Shown here piece by piece: positions 21,101-33,514 of a stretch of DNA of 64,000 bases. Where the stretch lies: positions 29,325-93,324 of IMG/VR virus record IMGVR_UViG_3300032138_000006; one strand, given 5' to 3'. Under the pieces are notes generated by a model. That model was given only the letters and a program-made list of their open reading frames with translations, searched no databases and was not told the DNA's origin. The translations under genes were made by a program, and so were the position numbers. This stretch comes from a virus (lineage: Duplodnaviria; Caudoviricetes). How positions within the stretch are numbered: position 1 is the stretch's first letter; each line of letters opens with the position of its first letter.

Positions 21101-21565
21101 CATTTCTGGTCAGCAGCGGTTGTGGATCGCCCGAAGACCAGAAAGAAGCTGAACGAGAACATTGAAGTATATCAGCCGGAAGGAGACTTCACTGACGAGG
21201 AGAAAATTGAATACCTCGTCAACCTCACGGGTGTCTTTCCGTTTGCATTGGTCATGGATGATTATATCCAAGAACAACTGGCAGACCACTGTGTTCCACC
21301 ACTGGGGGACTGGGACCATGACATCGGAGTGGCTTGGTTTATTCCCCGAGAGGTGGTAGAGAAGAAAACCCGCAAGGGTAGGACGTACTGGCTGGTAAAG
21401 GTTGTTGATTCGACCAGTAAAAATACCACTATCAAGTGCTGGGCAGTTGATCCGAAGAAAGATGTGGTCCACCTCAATAGACCATATATGGCTCGGCTCG
21501 ACCACAGCGATGACTGGGGGTTTAGTACACGATCAGTGAGATATAATTTTAAACTTCTAGGATGA
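18140..21565 (+). CDS. dnaE: DNA polymerase III alpha subunit
   Basis: PHP motifs LHAHS and ALTDHG; GRGSAAGSLV; PDIDYD; KFDILGL; YGFNKSHA. Confidence 0.95.
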   Translation: MSERTVSNIPFVGLHAHSGLSLFDGLGYPQDHMDFAYQNGSDALALTDHGHMNGLSYQVLHAKKMKAAGKEFKPIFGVEAYFLPSVPKWKAAYEESKEAKKKQKKSGLVIEDENASKSAKSLLNKRNHLILLAMDQTGLNNIFKLISESYDGTNFYRYPRVDYDMLAAHSEGVIATSACLGGVYAGNYWDNKDDGPDAIMDAMRLTTEKMQNIFGDRWYGELQWNNIPEQHELNKYIIQVATESGVELVSTADSHYPTPEAWRDRELYKRLGWLGKGGMPSWMSTELPDGVEEIGYELYPKNGDEMWESYKSYSAMAGQEYDDDLVRASITRTHDIAHNRIECFMPDDTVRLPDFVVPEGKTAEKALREFCVTGLREYMKADDPKLPEYIERLKYELDVIEDRGFTKYFLTMKTIADKALERQLVGAGRGSAAGSLVSFLIGITQVDPLKYNLLFERFMRKDQTDYPDIDYDVSDPMDLKEQLIGEWGDGTVVPISNFNTLKLRSLIKDIAKLYEVPFTEVNPVTARMINEATPEAKKKHGIKAGVYVPTFDEVVEFSPTLQGFFDKYPDIKTHIEALHGQVRSVSRHAGGVVVGENLDKWMPLINSGGIRQTPWSEGQNVRHLEPLGFIKFDILGLASLRMMEGAIKHILRRHKGIADPTFAQVKEYYDEYLHPDKINFDDQAIYEKIFHKGKWAGVFQFTEKGAQTFCQKAKPTSIIDISAITSIFRPGPLSANVHELYVEAKSNPDEIDYGHEIIREVTEETYGFLIFQEQIALLAHRLGKDLTLDEGNMLRKLLTKKGTGSTDAKKIKIYNKFIEGCTDKGLSKSFAEGLWEKFEYFSGYGFNKSHAVSYSILSYQCAHLLYHYPSEWMAAFLDKEPEARKEAAINVAKSQGFTIAPLNVNTSGTVWEISDDGSTLIQPLTSVKGLGDAAIEQIISHRPFNTIEELLFSEEIVYSKLNKKALDVLVRAQALNALVDDRFSGLKHFWSAAVVDRPKTRKKLNENIEVYQPEGDFTDEEKIEYLVNLTGVFPFALVMDDYIQEQLADHCVPPLGDWDHDIGVAWFIPREVVEKKTRKGRTYWLVKVVDSTSKNTTIKCWAVDPKKDVVHLNRPYMARLDHSDDWGFSTRSVRYNFKLLG

Positions 21566-21574
21566 TGTGGTAAG

Positions 21575-21874
21575 ATGAACAAAGAAAAAAAAGAAAAAGA
21601 GATGTATATGATTATAGAATCTTTATCTGATCGAATTGAAACTGTCACTGCGCGTGTCTGTAGTGATGATCGTAAAGAATATCACATTAGTATGATGAGG
21701 CTGGAAGCATCGCGCCTCTTGGAACTTCTTGGCGCCGAGGAGATTGAGGCTGATGGCGACGGTATCTTAGGCACTGCCCGTGAAAATTTCAAGAAAGTGG
21801 AACAACTGATTGCCAAACATGGTTTAATTAAAGCATTGCAACTTCTTCAACCCTCAAACAAAAGGAGAAAGTAG
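21575..21874 (+). CDS. Hypothetical protein
   Basis: Fills the dnaE-dut gap and abuts dut. Confidence 0.5.
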   Translation: MNKEKKEKEMYMIIESLSDRIETVTARVCSDDRKEYHISMMRLEASRLLELLGAEEIEADGDGILGTARENFKKVEQLIAKHGLIKALQLLQPSNKRRK

Positions 21875-22348
21875 ATGAACCTTAAAGTTAATTTGTTACG
21901 AGAAGGCGCAAAGCCGCCACAACGAGCATACGCCACGGACGCCGGGGCTGATGTTTTCTTCTGTCCAGATTCAAAAAGCTTAAGTAATTGTCGCATGGGA
22001 GAGGGAGAGGACGTGTGGGTCTCCCCACGAACATCTTGTGTTATTCCAACCGGCATCAAGGTGGAAGTACCAGAGGGATATATGCTGGAGGTTAAAAACA
22101 AGTCAGGCATCGCCTCAAAGCGACAACTGGTTGTTGGCGCATGTGTGATTGATTCCGGCTATGACGGCGAGGTATTTATTAATTTGCACAATATTGGAAA
22201 TTCAACGCAGGTTGTTAAACCGGGGGATAAACTAGCCCAAGTGGTTCTGGTACCAGTCAACACTTGTGGGTTTGAAGTTGTGGCTGGGGAAATCAATAAC
22301 AACACAGAGCGTGGAACCGGCGGGTTTGGCTCAACGGGTGAGAGATGA
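21875..22348 (+). CDS. dut: Trimeric dUTPase
   Basis: DAGAD, KSG, VIDSGYDGE, AQ, RGTGGFGSTG. Confidence 0.95.
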   Translation: MNLKVNLLREGAKPPQRAYATDAGADVFFCPDSKSLSNCRMGEGEDVWVSPRTSCVIPTGIKVEVPEGYMLEVKNKSGIASKRQLVVGACVIDSGYDGEVFINLHNIGNSTQVVKPGDKLAQVVLVPVNTCGFEVVAGEINNNTERGTGGFGSTGER

Positions 22349-22629
22349 GCCAAAAAAGAAAAATAAACAGACGCCAACAACAGCGCGACAAGAAGAGAGT
22401 GCAAAAAGAAATGACCCAGAAGATGGGAATGTTTGAACGCATGCCTGACGAGTGTAGCGCCTGTGAAGAGTCTTTTGATAAGCAAAATCGTGAACAGGTT
22501 ATGAGTTGGAATGTGGTTGTAAGAGAAGAAGAGAAAATCGTACGCCTATATTGTCCTGCCTGCTGGGGCAAGGCTAAAGAACTAATAAAGGAGATGAAGG
22601 ATGCTATACCAAGAAACACTGACGTATGA
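22345..22629 (+). CDS. Small zinc-ribbon protein
   Basis: CSAC...CPAC. Confidence 0.6.
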   Translation: MSQKRKINRRQQQRDKKRVQKEMTQKMGMFERMPDECSACEESFDKQNREQVMSWNVVVREEEKIVRLYCPACWGKAKELIKEMKDAIPRNTDV

Positions 22630-23632
22630 CGACGTGCTGCTAGTGCCGCAGTACTCGGATATTGAGAGCAGAACGGAAATTAACATATCCAATCATTTGG
22701 ATAAAAATATAAAGCTGGAAGTGCCAATTATATCCAGTCCAATGGATACGGTTACCGAAAGCTCCATGGCAATTGCCATATCAGAACTGGGTGGTCTTGG
22801 AATTATCCACCGCTATAACTCTATCGAAGAGCAGGTCGCTATGGTAGACGCCGCCTTGCGCGACCCCGGTTGCCGCATCGTAGGCGCCGCAATCGGCGTC
22901 ACCGGAGATTATGAAGAACGTGCCGCAGCATTGTTTGAGGCTGGGGCAGATGTTATTTGTCTAGACGTTGCCCACGGACATCACTTGTTGATGAAGAATG
23001 CCTTGCGACGACTGACGTCCACACTCCCCTCTGCTGCCCACATTATGGCGGGAAATGTAGCCACCAAGACGGGCTATGAAGCCCTTGTTGACTGGGGCGC
23101 TCGTTCTGTTCGGTGCAATATTGGCGGTGGGTCTATTTGTTCTACTCGCATTCAGACCGGTCATGGGATCCCCGGACTGCAAACTATTTTTGAATGCGCG
23201 TCTGCCGGATTGGACATTCCGATTATTGCCGACGGTGGAATTAAAAATTCTGGTGACATTGCGAAAGCACTTGGAGCAGGCGCCGATTTTGTAATGCTTG
23301 GTTCACTCTTGGCGGGAACAGATGAAGCCCCCGGCATAACTTATATTAACGCATCTGGTAGAGAATCTAAGATGTACCGAGGCATGGCTAGCCATGGTGC
23401 ACAAAAGGACTGGCGCGGCAGGTTGACCTCTGCGCCAGAAGGTGTCACTTCACAGATCCCATACAAGGGCGACGTGGCTACTGTTTTGCGTAATCTGACC
23501 ATGGGTGTGCGTAGTGGGTTTTCGTATACTGGCGCCCGCACCCTGCCAGAATTTCAAGCAAGGGCAAAGTTTGTCAAGCAAACTGGCGCCAGCCAGACTG
23601 AAAGCACGGCGCATATTTTGAGAGGTGAATAG
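22601..23632 (+). CDS. guaB: IMP dehydrogenase / GMP reductase family protein, no CBS domains
   Basis: [46 protein letters not shown]. Confidence 0.85.
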   Translation: MLYQETLTYDDVLLVPQYSDIESRTEINISNHLDKNIKLEVPIISSPMDTVTESSMAIAISELGGLGIIHRYNSIEEQVAMVDAALRDPGCRIVGAAIGVTGDYEERAAALFEAGADVICLDVAHGHHLLMKNALRRLTSTLPSAAHIMAGNVATKTGYEALVDWGARSVRCNIGGGSICSTRIQTGHGIPGLQTIFECASAGLDIPIIADGGIKNSGDIAKALGAGADFVMLGSLLAGTDEAPGITYINASGRESKMYRGMASHGAQKDWRGRLTSAPEGVTSQIPYKGDVATVLRNLTMGVRSGFSYTGARTLPEFQARAKFVKQTGASQTESTAHILRGE

Positions 23633-23962
23633 GTGGCAGAATATGGACATAATAAAAAAAAGGTTGTCTTCTACTCGACAGACAAAGCGCATGCAGACAT
23701 GAAGGTACGCCTGAAGTATGATGGCTTGACGCAGAGCAGCTTTTTTCGAGGAATTGTGAATGGATATATTAATAAAGATCCAGCTATCAGCGACTTCATC
23801 GATAGACTTAAAGAAAACCTGTCGACACAGGGCGCGTCAAAGCGCCAACAGTCTAATCGGTTGATACAGGAAGGAGAAGAAGTGTCATCTAAATTTGGCT
23901 TGGGAGATACTGAGGTAGAGGATATATTTGACATTATACAAAAGGAGCACCCAGAACTATGA
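23633..23962 (+). CDS. Hypothetical protein, possibly ribbon-helix-helix DNA-binding
   Basis: KKVVFY strand followed by helices (LTQSSFFR). Confidence 0.45.
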   Translation: MAEYGHNKKKVVFYSTDKAHADMKVRLKYDGLTQSSFFRGIVNGYINKDPAISDFIDRLKENLSTQGASKRQQSNRLIQEGEEVSSKFGLGDTEVEDIFDIIQKEHPEL

Positions 23963-24276
23963 GCGAGAAAGCGTTGTCAAAGAAGAGCATACCCGAGTGT
24001 TCAAAAAAATGTGCAGAGTTGGGGGTCTCTTGTCCGGTCAAAGATTGCCGGGAATGGATTGATTTCGAGGAAGATTATAATTGTACATCCATAGCTATAG
24101 CCAAACACAGCAATATGACGCTACGAGAAGTAGCTGATCGGCTGCATGTAAGTTTCGTACGAATAAAACAAATAGAGGACAAAACACTTGAAAAAATCCA
24201 TAGATCTCTCGCAAGAGAACTAGGGGTTAGAAAAGATGATCTACCCCAGTTTATTTTAGATTGCTATAAGGATTAA
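23959..24276 (+). CDS. Cys-rich protein with sigma70 region-4 HTH
   Basis: MTLREVADRLHVSFVRIKQIEDKTLEKI; five N-terminal Cys. Confidence 0.75.
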   Translation: MSEKALSKKSIPECSKKCAELGVSCPVKDCREWIDFEEDYNCTSIAIAKHSNMTLREVADRLHVSFVRIKQIEDKTLEKIHRSLARELGVRKDDLPQFILDCYKD

Positions 24277-24324
24277 GCAATGGCAAAAACTTTGTTATAG
24301 ATTGGCATTTATCTATTACAACGA

Positions 24325-24333
24325 ACTATTTAT
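24325..24333 (+). promoter_or_regulatory. Putative phage late promoter motif ACTATTTAT
   Basis: Same motif recurs 20-35 nt before starts at 28533, 31767 and 35848. Confidence 0.5.
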
Positions 24334-24366
24334 TTGAGAAACACTATTGTCTAAGGAGATAATGTA

Positions 24367-24939
24367 ATGAGCAATAACAGACTTGATGAAGGCACAATTC
24401 GCCGCTTTATGGGGCTCGCTGGGCTCCAGCCCTTGGGCGAAGGCTTTCTTGATCGCATCGATCCACTTGAGGAGATGCCAGAGGAAGAAGATACCATGGC
24501 ACCAGAAGCCGATCCTGCCGCCGAAGAAGCACCTCCCGCAGAGGATATGGGCATCGATGATGCTGAGGCTCCAGCCGATCCTGCTGCTGCTGATGCGGCT
24601 GCTGAGATTGCACAGGACGTCGCCAATGCGGTTGCTGATGCAATGACTGACGCGCTGGGCAAGCACGGCGTGACTGTTGATGCTGGCGCTGGCGAAGGCG
24701 CCGCGCTGGGCGCTGAAGAGGATCCTATGGCTGACATGGGAGAGCCCGAGGCAGAGGCTGCACCTGAAGAGATGCCCCCCGTCGATGACGAGGCACCGCT
24801 TGAGGAGACAGCCGCCGATGACGACACCTTAACGAAGCTTGAATCTTCCGACGTAGAGTTGGTTGATGATGAGAAGGTCGTACAAGAGGTCGCCCGTCGT
24901 GTTGCCGCACGTCTTCTTCGCACTGCCAATAAGCAGTAA
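24367..24939 (+). CDS. Acidic low-complexity protein, prohead core/internal protein-like
   Basis: LDEGTIRRFMGLAGL leader; D/E/A/P-rich; LxE sites. Confidence 0.55.
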   Translation: MSNNRLDEGTIRRFMGLAGLQPLGEGFLDRIDPLEEMPEEEDTMAPEADPAAEEAPPAEDMGIDDAEAPADPAAADAAAEIAQDVANAVADAMTDALGKHGVTVDAGAGEGAALGAEEDPMADMGEPEAEAAPEEMPPVDDEAPLEETAADDDTLTKLESSDVELVDDEKVVQEVARRVAARLLRTANKQ

Positions 24940-24977
24940 GGACACTCTCTTTAGGTGCTTAGCCGCAGAGGGTAATT

Positions 24978-25622
24978 GTGAGTAAGGTACAATATAGCGA
25001 AGCGGATCTTGAATTTAGGTTTCACAAACTTGTTTTTTATATAAAAAAACAAATACCTAAGTTTCGATTGCGCAGCAAGAAAGATAGTACCCTCATGCAA
25101 TTACTGGCTGTGGCTTTGTTTTTTAATAAAGACTTTTTAGATAAGTACGTCACTACTTTATATCCCGAAGTTTATGTGCCCAATTTACCATGGGAACGTG
25201 CTGCCGCCTCGCGCATATCCATCTTGGCGCACGAGTATGTTCACCTAAAAGATCGCAAGCGCATGGGTTGGCTGTTTAATATTTTATATCTTTCGCCGCA
25301 AATATTCTCCTTGCTTGCCCTCGGGGCAGTTTGGAATGTTTGGTGGCTGCTGGCTCTCTTGTTCTTGTTGCCCCTGCCCAGTCCGGGTCGAGCGTGGTTA
25401 GAGTTCCGTGCATACAAGGTGTCTATAGCGCTGCACTGGCAGTTGACTGGTCACCGAATAAATCTTTTTTGGCTTCAAGCTCAATTCACCAAGTCCAATT
25501 ATTATTGGATGTGGCCATTTAAAAAAATGATAGAAAAGCATATGCTAAAGGCGGCGGAAAATGTGGAATCTGGCAATTTTTTGTCGCCTGAAATTTCAGA
25601 GATTTTAGAAGTAATAAAATAG
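24978..25622 (+). CDS. Membrane HExxH metallopeptidase-like protein
   Basis: AHEYVH, hydrophobic hairpin, then RAWLEFRAY. Confidence 0.6.
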   Translation: MSKVQYSEADLEFRFHKLVFYIKKQIPKFRLRSKKDSTLMQLLAVALFFNKDFLDKYVTTLYPEVYVPNLPWERAAASRISILAHEYVHLKDRKRMGWLFNILYLSPQIFSLLALGAVWNVWWLLALLFLLPLPSPGRAWLEFRAYKVSIALHWQLTGHRINLFWLQAQFTKSNYYWMWPFKKMIEKHMLKAAENVESGNFLSPEISEILEVIK

Positions 25623-25631
25623 GAGTAAGTT

Positions 25632-26000
25632 ATGGGTTCAGAAGCATTGTGGTTTTTTGGAGGCGCGTTAACGTTTCAAATTCTATCTCGGCTATTTCGA
25701 GCTAGCCAGCTTGTAAAAATGTCGATAGAGGTGGGGGCATCTTTGATGGTCTTGGTGTCTAGCGTACATGATGATGTAGAGAATGCGGTCAATTTAAAGC
25801 ATAAAAATATGGAAAACAGCGTAAAAGACGAAGATTTAAAACTACTTAAAGAGGTAGACAGCGCTGCTTTACAAGTTTGGCGAGAGTCAATAATTTATAA
25901 ATTTAAGAGCGCCTTGCCTAAACCGGTTAGCGACATATTTGCCTTTCAAGACTGGAATGGTGCCATGAGGTTTATGAGGAAATACACACGAAAGGGGTAA
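25632..26000 (+). CDS. Hypothetical membrane-associated protein
   Basis: AGGAG RBS; hydrophobic N-terminus. Confidence 0.55.
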   Translation: MGSEALWFFGGALTFQILSRLFRASQLVKMSIEVGASLMVLVSSVHDDVENAVNLKHKNMENSVKDEDLKLLKEVDSAALQVWRESIIYKFKSALPKPVSDIFAFQDWNGAMRFMRKYTRKG

Positions 26001-26006
26001 GCAACG

Positions 26007-27227
26007 ATGGGAAAAACTAGTTTAAAAGAAATAAAAGAACTCATTAAAGAAGAAGTTCAGAAATCACGACACAGTATACTACTGGAATCTCCAGAGATGC
26101 TCGATGAAAAGAGCATTTTAAAGAACAAATACCCGTTCAAGGCAATTTATATCTTTGGACCGGCAGGGTCGGGAAAATCATATATTGCTGGAAACTTGCT
26201 AGGAATTCCGACAGACTTTGTTGTCTCTAACCCCGATGAGCGGATTGAAGCGGTGTTCCCCGCTTTCGGTGTCAGTATGAAGTTCGTTAACTCTAATGAC
26301 GGCGACGATGCCGATTTGGAAAAGATCCAGCAGACATCGCGTAAAATTTTACAGAGAGCCACAAAAGCCCATACAGCAAATTTGGTTGGCATCGCAAATC
26401 CCATTCTGTTTGACACCACTGGAGAGAAGGTGCCTAAGATGGTTAATCGTATTAAGAATTTGACCAAATTGGGATATGACGTCGCAGTCTTTATGATAAA
26501 TGTCCCAACACAAGCCTCTGTTGAGCGTGACGCTCGCAGAAAACGAGTTGTTGGAGCAGAAAGAACAGCGGGTATCTCACAAGCCTATCAAAAGGACGTC
26601 GTACAGTCTCAGGGATATCTTAAGGCTCTTGCTGACAATGAACATGTGACCATTTTATCTGATGTCTACAATAATATTTTTGATCTGAATACCGGAGATC
26701 TCTTGACAAAACCAACGGTTATCACACCAGATATGCTTCCGGATGATCTAAACCCCGAGAAAAACCCCGAAGCGTTTGCCAACGAGAAAGCCAAGATAGA
26801 GCAAGCCGTCAGCAGTCTTCAACAGTGGGTCAACACTCCGGTGGAAAATCCGGGCGGTCAAACAGTGCTCAAAGGTATGCGGACTCTGGTTAAAAAATCT
26901 GGGGGCAAATTGGGTCAAAATTTAAATGACATTGTTGTGGCAACACGAAACGAAGAATTTCAAGATCCAGACATCCTCGCTGCGGCTGAACACCTTGGAT
27001 CACTCGGAGGTGTTAAGAGAACAATCAGGCGTTCTCAAGCAGCCGCCCCGCTGGTCAAGACCCGGCATCAGCGGGTCGACCCGGAGACAGGGGAAACCTA
27101 TACGGCACATAAGTCTCGCCAACATGGGGAAATTGACACTATTCGCGGAATGACACAAAAAGAAGCATTAAATTACGATAATTTGGTCGATTTAGTTCGC
27201 GACGTCTTAATTAAAGGTGATGGATGA
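26007..27227 (+). CDS. Zeta-toxin/AAA_33-like P-loop kinase with leader peptide
   Basis: GPAGSGKS, NPD, LFDTTG, SVERDARRKRVV; N-terminal LKEIKELIKEE. Confidence 0.7.
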   Translation: MGKTSLKEIKELIKEEVQKSRHSILLESPEMLDEKSILKNKYPFKAIYIFGPAGSGKSYIAGNLLGIPTDFVVSNPDERIEAVFPAFGVSMKFVNSNDGDDADLEKIQQTSRKILQRATKAHTANLVGIANPILFDTTGEKVPKMVNRIKNLTKLGYDVAVFMINVPTQASVERDARRKRVVGAERTAGISQAYQKDVVQSQGYLKALADNEHVTILSDVYNNIFDLNTGDLLTKPTVITPDMLPDDLNPEKNPEAFANEKAKIEQAVSSLQQWVNTPVENPGGQTVLKGMRTLVKKSGGKLGQNLNDIVVATRNEEFQDPDILAAAEHLGSLGGVKRTIRRSQAAAPLVKTRHQRVDPETGETYTAHKSRQHGEIDTIRGMTQKEALNYDNLVDLVRDVLIKGDG

Positions 27228-27501
27228 TTATAGAGGATATACGGTCAGGACAGCGCGAAGGGAACTTATAAGAGCCTTCGTGCGCACAGATGACATTATT
27301 TTTAAGAAAGGCAACGTCTACTATGGCGGCAAAACCTTTGTCATCAACTCTATTATCAATTGGTGCTTAAATCAACGTGCAAAAAAGTTTTTTTCCTTGA
27401 CAGAGATGCGCTACTATGTTACATTGATACAAAGATATATTGATGATGAAATCGATTTGTGGTGGGATGGAAGATCCCTTAACATTCGAACGAAGAAATA
27501 A
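27220..27501 (+). CDS. Hypothetical protein
   Basis: ORF with AAGGTG RBS overlapping the upstream stop. Confidence 0.5.
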   Translation: MDDYRGYTVRTARRELIRAFVRTDDIIFKKGNVYYGGKTFVINSIINWCLNQRAKKFFSLTEMRYYVTLIQRYIDDEIDLWWDGRSLNIRTKK

Positions 27502-27511
27502 AGGAGACAGC

Positions 27512-27823
27512 ATGGAAGCGACAGCATGGAAAGAAGATTACTACGCAGACGGGCATCGTTATCGCCTGCAAGTTAATAATGTATCAGACGGCAGGTCGGT
27601 TCGGAAATTGCGCAGCGCCGTGAGCGACTGGCAAGAGTCTGGTTCAGGCTGGAACCCGGCTAGTAAATCTGAAGTGCTTATATTTTCAAAAGAATTTGAC
27701 ACCGAGCAAGAATGGTTGAAATGGGCTAAACATTTTCCATATAAACTGGTAGAATTGAATCGAAAAGGAAATCCTAAGCGAACAAAGCTTGGGCTTGATG
27801 CTCAAAAGAGAAAGGGGCAATAG
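27512..27823 (+). CDS. Hypothetical protein
   Basis: AAGGAG RBS before ATG 27512. Confidence 0.55.
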   Translation: MEATAWKEDYYADGHRYRLQVNNVSDGRSVRKLRSAVSDWQESGSGWNPASKSEVLIFSKEFDTEQEWLKWAKHFPYKLVELNRKGNPKRTKLGLDAQKRKGQ

Positions 27824-27825
27824 TT

Positions 27826-28521
27826 TTGAAAAATTACCTTGCTGGAAAGAAGAAGAAGGCGAAGGCAGAAGAAAAGCCAAAAGAAGAGGCGGATGAGGCT
27901 TCGGCGGAATCGGTCCTTGCCTCACTGTTGATGGAAGCCGCCGAGACAGACGACAAGCCAAAAACCCAAATGATCAGCATGTACGGCGAAGTCGAAGAAG
28001 AAAAGATTGGCGAAATAGCATATGCTCTTCGAGTGCTTAGTTCTTTAAATGTTCAGAAGAAAGACGAACATGCTCGCAAGGAAAAAGATGGCGACTGTGA
28101 GCCGGATACGGTGGAGTTGATCTTGTCCACTCACGGTGGCTCTGCTGCTGATATGTTCTCGCTATACGACACCATCCGCTGGTGCCGCTCAGAGGGCACT
28201 CCAATCGCCACAACCGGCATTGGAAAGATTATGTCAGCCGGGGTCCTCCTAATGGCTGCTGGCTCCAAGGGCAGGCGAAAGATCGGAGAGAACTGTCGCG
28301 TGATGCTCCACGGTGTTGCCTCTGGGCACGTTGGTCAGATTCATAACTTGGAGAACGAGTTGGATGAAGCCAAGTGGACGCAGGATCGATATATCAAGGC
28401 ACTCGTTAAAGAAACCAATATGACCGCTGCCTACATCAAGAAGTTGTTTGATCGTCGTCAGAATGTCTACCTCACGGCTGAAGAAGCCGTTGAGTTAGGT
28501 ATCGCTGACGAGGTGTTTTAA
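27826..28521 (+). CDS. Divergent ClpP-family protease
   Basis: STHGGS, IMSAG (Ser), VMLHG (His), YLTAEEAVELGIADEV. Confidence 0.85.
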   Translation: MKNYLAGKKKKAKAEEKPKEEADEASAESVLASLLMEAAETDDKPKTQMISMYGEVEEEKIGEIAYALRVLSSLNVQKKDEHARKEKDGDCEPDTVELILSTHGGSAADMFSLYDTIRWCRSEGTPIATTGIGKIMSAGVLLMAAGSKGRRKIGENCRVMLHGVASGHVGQIHNLENELDEAKWTQDRYIKALVKETNMTAAYIKKLFDRRQNVYLTAEEAVELGIADEVF

Positions 28522-28532
28522 TAGCGGAAATG

Positions 28533-28541
28533 ACTAATTAT
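28533..28541 (+). promoter_or_regulatory. Putative late promoter ACTAATTAT
   Basis: Recurrent motif in a short intergenic gap. Confidence 0.5.
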
Positions 28542-28564
28542 ACCTGAATGTGAGGGTTTAAGCT

Positions 28565-31755
<3,191 letters not shown>

Positions 31756-31766
31756 ACAGGGGGCAT

Positions 31767-31775
31767 ACTATTTAG
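31767..31775 (+). promoter_or_regulatory. Putative late promoter ACTATTTAG
   Basis: Recurrent motif. Confidence 0.5.
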
Positions 31776-31800
31776 TGTATCCAAGGAGAGGCGCCATAGC

Positions 31801-32136
31801 ATGTCAGACAACCCTACCCATATAAAGAGAAAGCTGGACCCAACAATAACAGCGCACATCTTAGATCTCACAAATAAGATTGACATATTGATCGAATCAC
31901 ACAGGGTATTAACTGAAAGTGTCGACAAGATCAAAGAGGCAATTTACCACCCAGACGAGGGGATTTACTCCCGCATTCGTGAAGTGGAGCGAGAGGTTAT
32001 TAAAGACGGCGATATCCGAATTGCTAAGCTTGAAGAAACGATGGAAGCCGTAAAGAGGCTTCAGTGGCTGGTTATTGGTTCTGGTACCGCAGCTATTATA
32101 AGTGTTATTTTTAGAACTTTCGTTATGAATGGATAA
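31801..32136 (+). CDS. Coiled-coil protein with C-terminal TM helix (XhlA/holin-like architecture)
   Basis: Heptad region followed by WLVIGSGTAAIISVIF. Confidence 0.5.
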   Translation: MSDNPTHIKRKLDPTITAHILDLTNKIDILIESHRVLTESVDKIKEAIYHPDEGIYSRIREVEREVIKDGDIRIAKLEETMEAVKRLQWLVIGSGTAAIISVIFRTFVMNG

Positions 32137-32146
32137 AAAATAAAGC

Positions 32147-32258
32147 TTGACTCCCCGATGAAGTCCCTATATACTAATAGACAGGTTGACAAGGAAAATA
32201 AAAAAAATGCAAAAAGAAGCGTTTTTTCCTTGACAAATAGGTAGAATGCTGCTATTCT
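32147..32258 (+). promoter_or_regulatory. Tandem sigma70-type promoters
   Basis: TTGACT-17-TATACT (32147-32175) and TTGACA-17-TATTCT with TG (32230-32258). Confidence 0.75.
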
Positions 32259-32289
32259 ACTTATGTATTGATGGTTGATAGGGAGACCA

Positions 32290-32943
32290 ATGAGCTACTA
32301 CCGAAATTATCGTCGCAACAGTTACCCGCCAGTGGAGCGCGTGACGGATGAGACTATCGCCCCTCGGCTTAAGACTTTGCTTGAAAACGGCAATGTTCCG
32401 GCAAACACTGTTGACTTTCTTCAATCGCTCGTTGAGGCGAACGAGAAGTATTCAGGCTTGACCTCTCGTCAAGCTGATGCTCTCAAGAAGGTTGAGCAGC
32501 GTTTTTCTACTGAAGCTATCGCCCACCGCAAGGCTTGGGCTGGTGAATATAGTGAAGAGCGCCGAGCCGCGGCTAAGATTTGTGCTGAGTACTACCTCGC
32601 CAATCCTCCCTACTATCGTGACCTTGCGGAAAAGGTCTTGAACGATCCAGAATTCGTTCCTACTGAACGTCAATGGCGTGCTTTGTGTGAAAACAAGTAT
32701 GCAAAGAAGGTCCTCGTGGCTACTCGCGCCGAACCTAAGTACCCTGTTGGGTCTATGGTTATGGGACGCGCCAATGCTGGACGTCAGGTTCAAAATCGCC
32801 TCTTGGTTGTTATTGAAACCGACGCAGAGCCTGTGACTAAGGCTGCGAAGGGAACTAAGGTCTATCGCGTGCTCCCCGTGGGAAGTCCGTCGACCCTACT
32901 TGTTGAAGAGCGCGACATTAAAAAGTCGAAAAAAGCAGCGTAA
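32290..32943 (+). CDS. Early hypothetical protein with C-terminal SH3-like domain
   Basis: GGGAG RBS; PKYPVGSMV...LLVEERDIKK. Confidence 0.6.
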   Translation: MSYYRNYRRNSYPPVERVTDETIAPRLKTLLENGNVPANTVDFLQSLVEANEKYSGLTSRQADALKKVEQRFSTEAIAHRKAWAGEYSEERRAAAKICAEYYLANPPYYRDLAEKVLNDPEFVPTERQWRALCENKYAKKVLVATRAEPKYPVGSMVMGRANAGRQVQNRLLVVIETDAEPVTKAAKGTKVYRVLPVGSPSTLLVEERDIKKSKKAA

Positions 32944-32952
32944 GGAAAAGAT

Positions 32953-33288
32953 TTGTCAGAAGCAAACAAAAGAGTAAGAATAACCTATACGGTGGAGATG
33001 GAAGAGGTGCCATCGAGGATTGCGGGGCTTTTAAGAGAGGCAGAAAAGGACGCAGAAGCTCTTGTAAGACAGTTATCCGATGCGGCATCACATCTAGATT
33101 CAGATGACAATGCGAACAAGGCGATTGTCGTACTTGAGCATGTACGCCAAGGAATGATGAAGGTTGATCTTCGCCTAGACGATTGTCAAAATTTGCTCGT
33201 TGGATATCAATCAGCGACCGCAGAGTTTAATAAAATAAACTTGGATCCCCAGTCAGAAGAGATCGCTGAAGGGGTGCCCGATGAATAG
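32953..33288 (+). CDS. Hypothetical helical protein
   Basis: 111 aa; AAGGA RBS. Confidence 0.55.
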   Translation: MSEANKRVRITYTVEMEEVPSRIAGLLREAEKDAEALVRQLSDAASHLDSDDNANKAIVVLEHVRQGMMKVDLRLDDCQNLLVGYQSATAEFNKINLDPQSEEIAEGVPDE

Positions 33289-33514
33289 CGCAGAGCTTAA
33301 GAAGGGGGCGCTAGTGTATATTCCGGCAGGCGCTAGGCTTTTGCAATTTGAAGACGGAAGAAAGTTGCCCACCAGATATTGTCATATTCAAAAGCCTACA
33401 AACGTTTTGTTTTTGCTTGCCGGTATGAAATATTGTGATGTTATTTACGGAGGTGAGAGGTGGGCTGTGGAACGAAGAGATATATATCCAATGAAGGTAG
33501 AAAAAAATGAATAA
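33281..33514 (+). CDS. Small SH3-like protein
   Basis: LKKGALVYIP...WAVERRDIYP. Confidence 0.55.
   Translation: MNSAELKKGALVYIPAGARLLQFEDGRKLPTRYCHIQKPTNVLFLLAGMKYCDVIYGGERWAVERRDIYPMKVEKNE

Noticed and set aside
11298-21565. Inteins or introns in the helicase, RNR or DnaE
   Set aside because: Lengths are normal and I saw no intein splice motifs or homing endonuclease inserts.
26007-27227. Zeta/epsilon toxin-antitoxin pair
   Set aside because: No recognisable antitoxin neighbour; the P-loop similarity does not establish UNAG kinase activity.
32186-32215. Third TTGACA promoter in the 32.1-32.3 kb gap
   Set aside because: No acceptable -10 box at 16-18 nt spacing.
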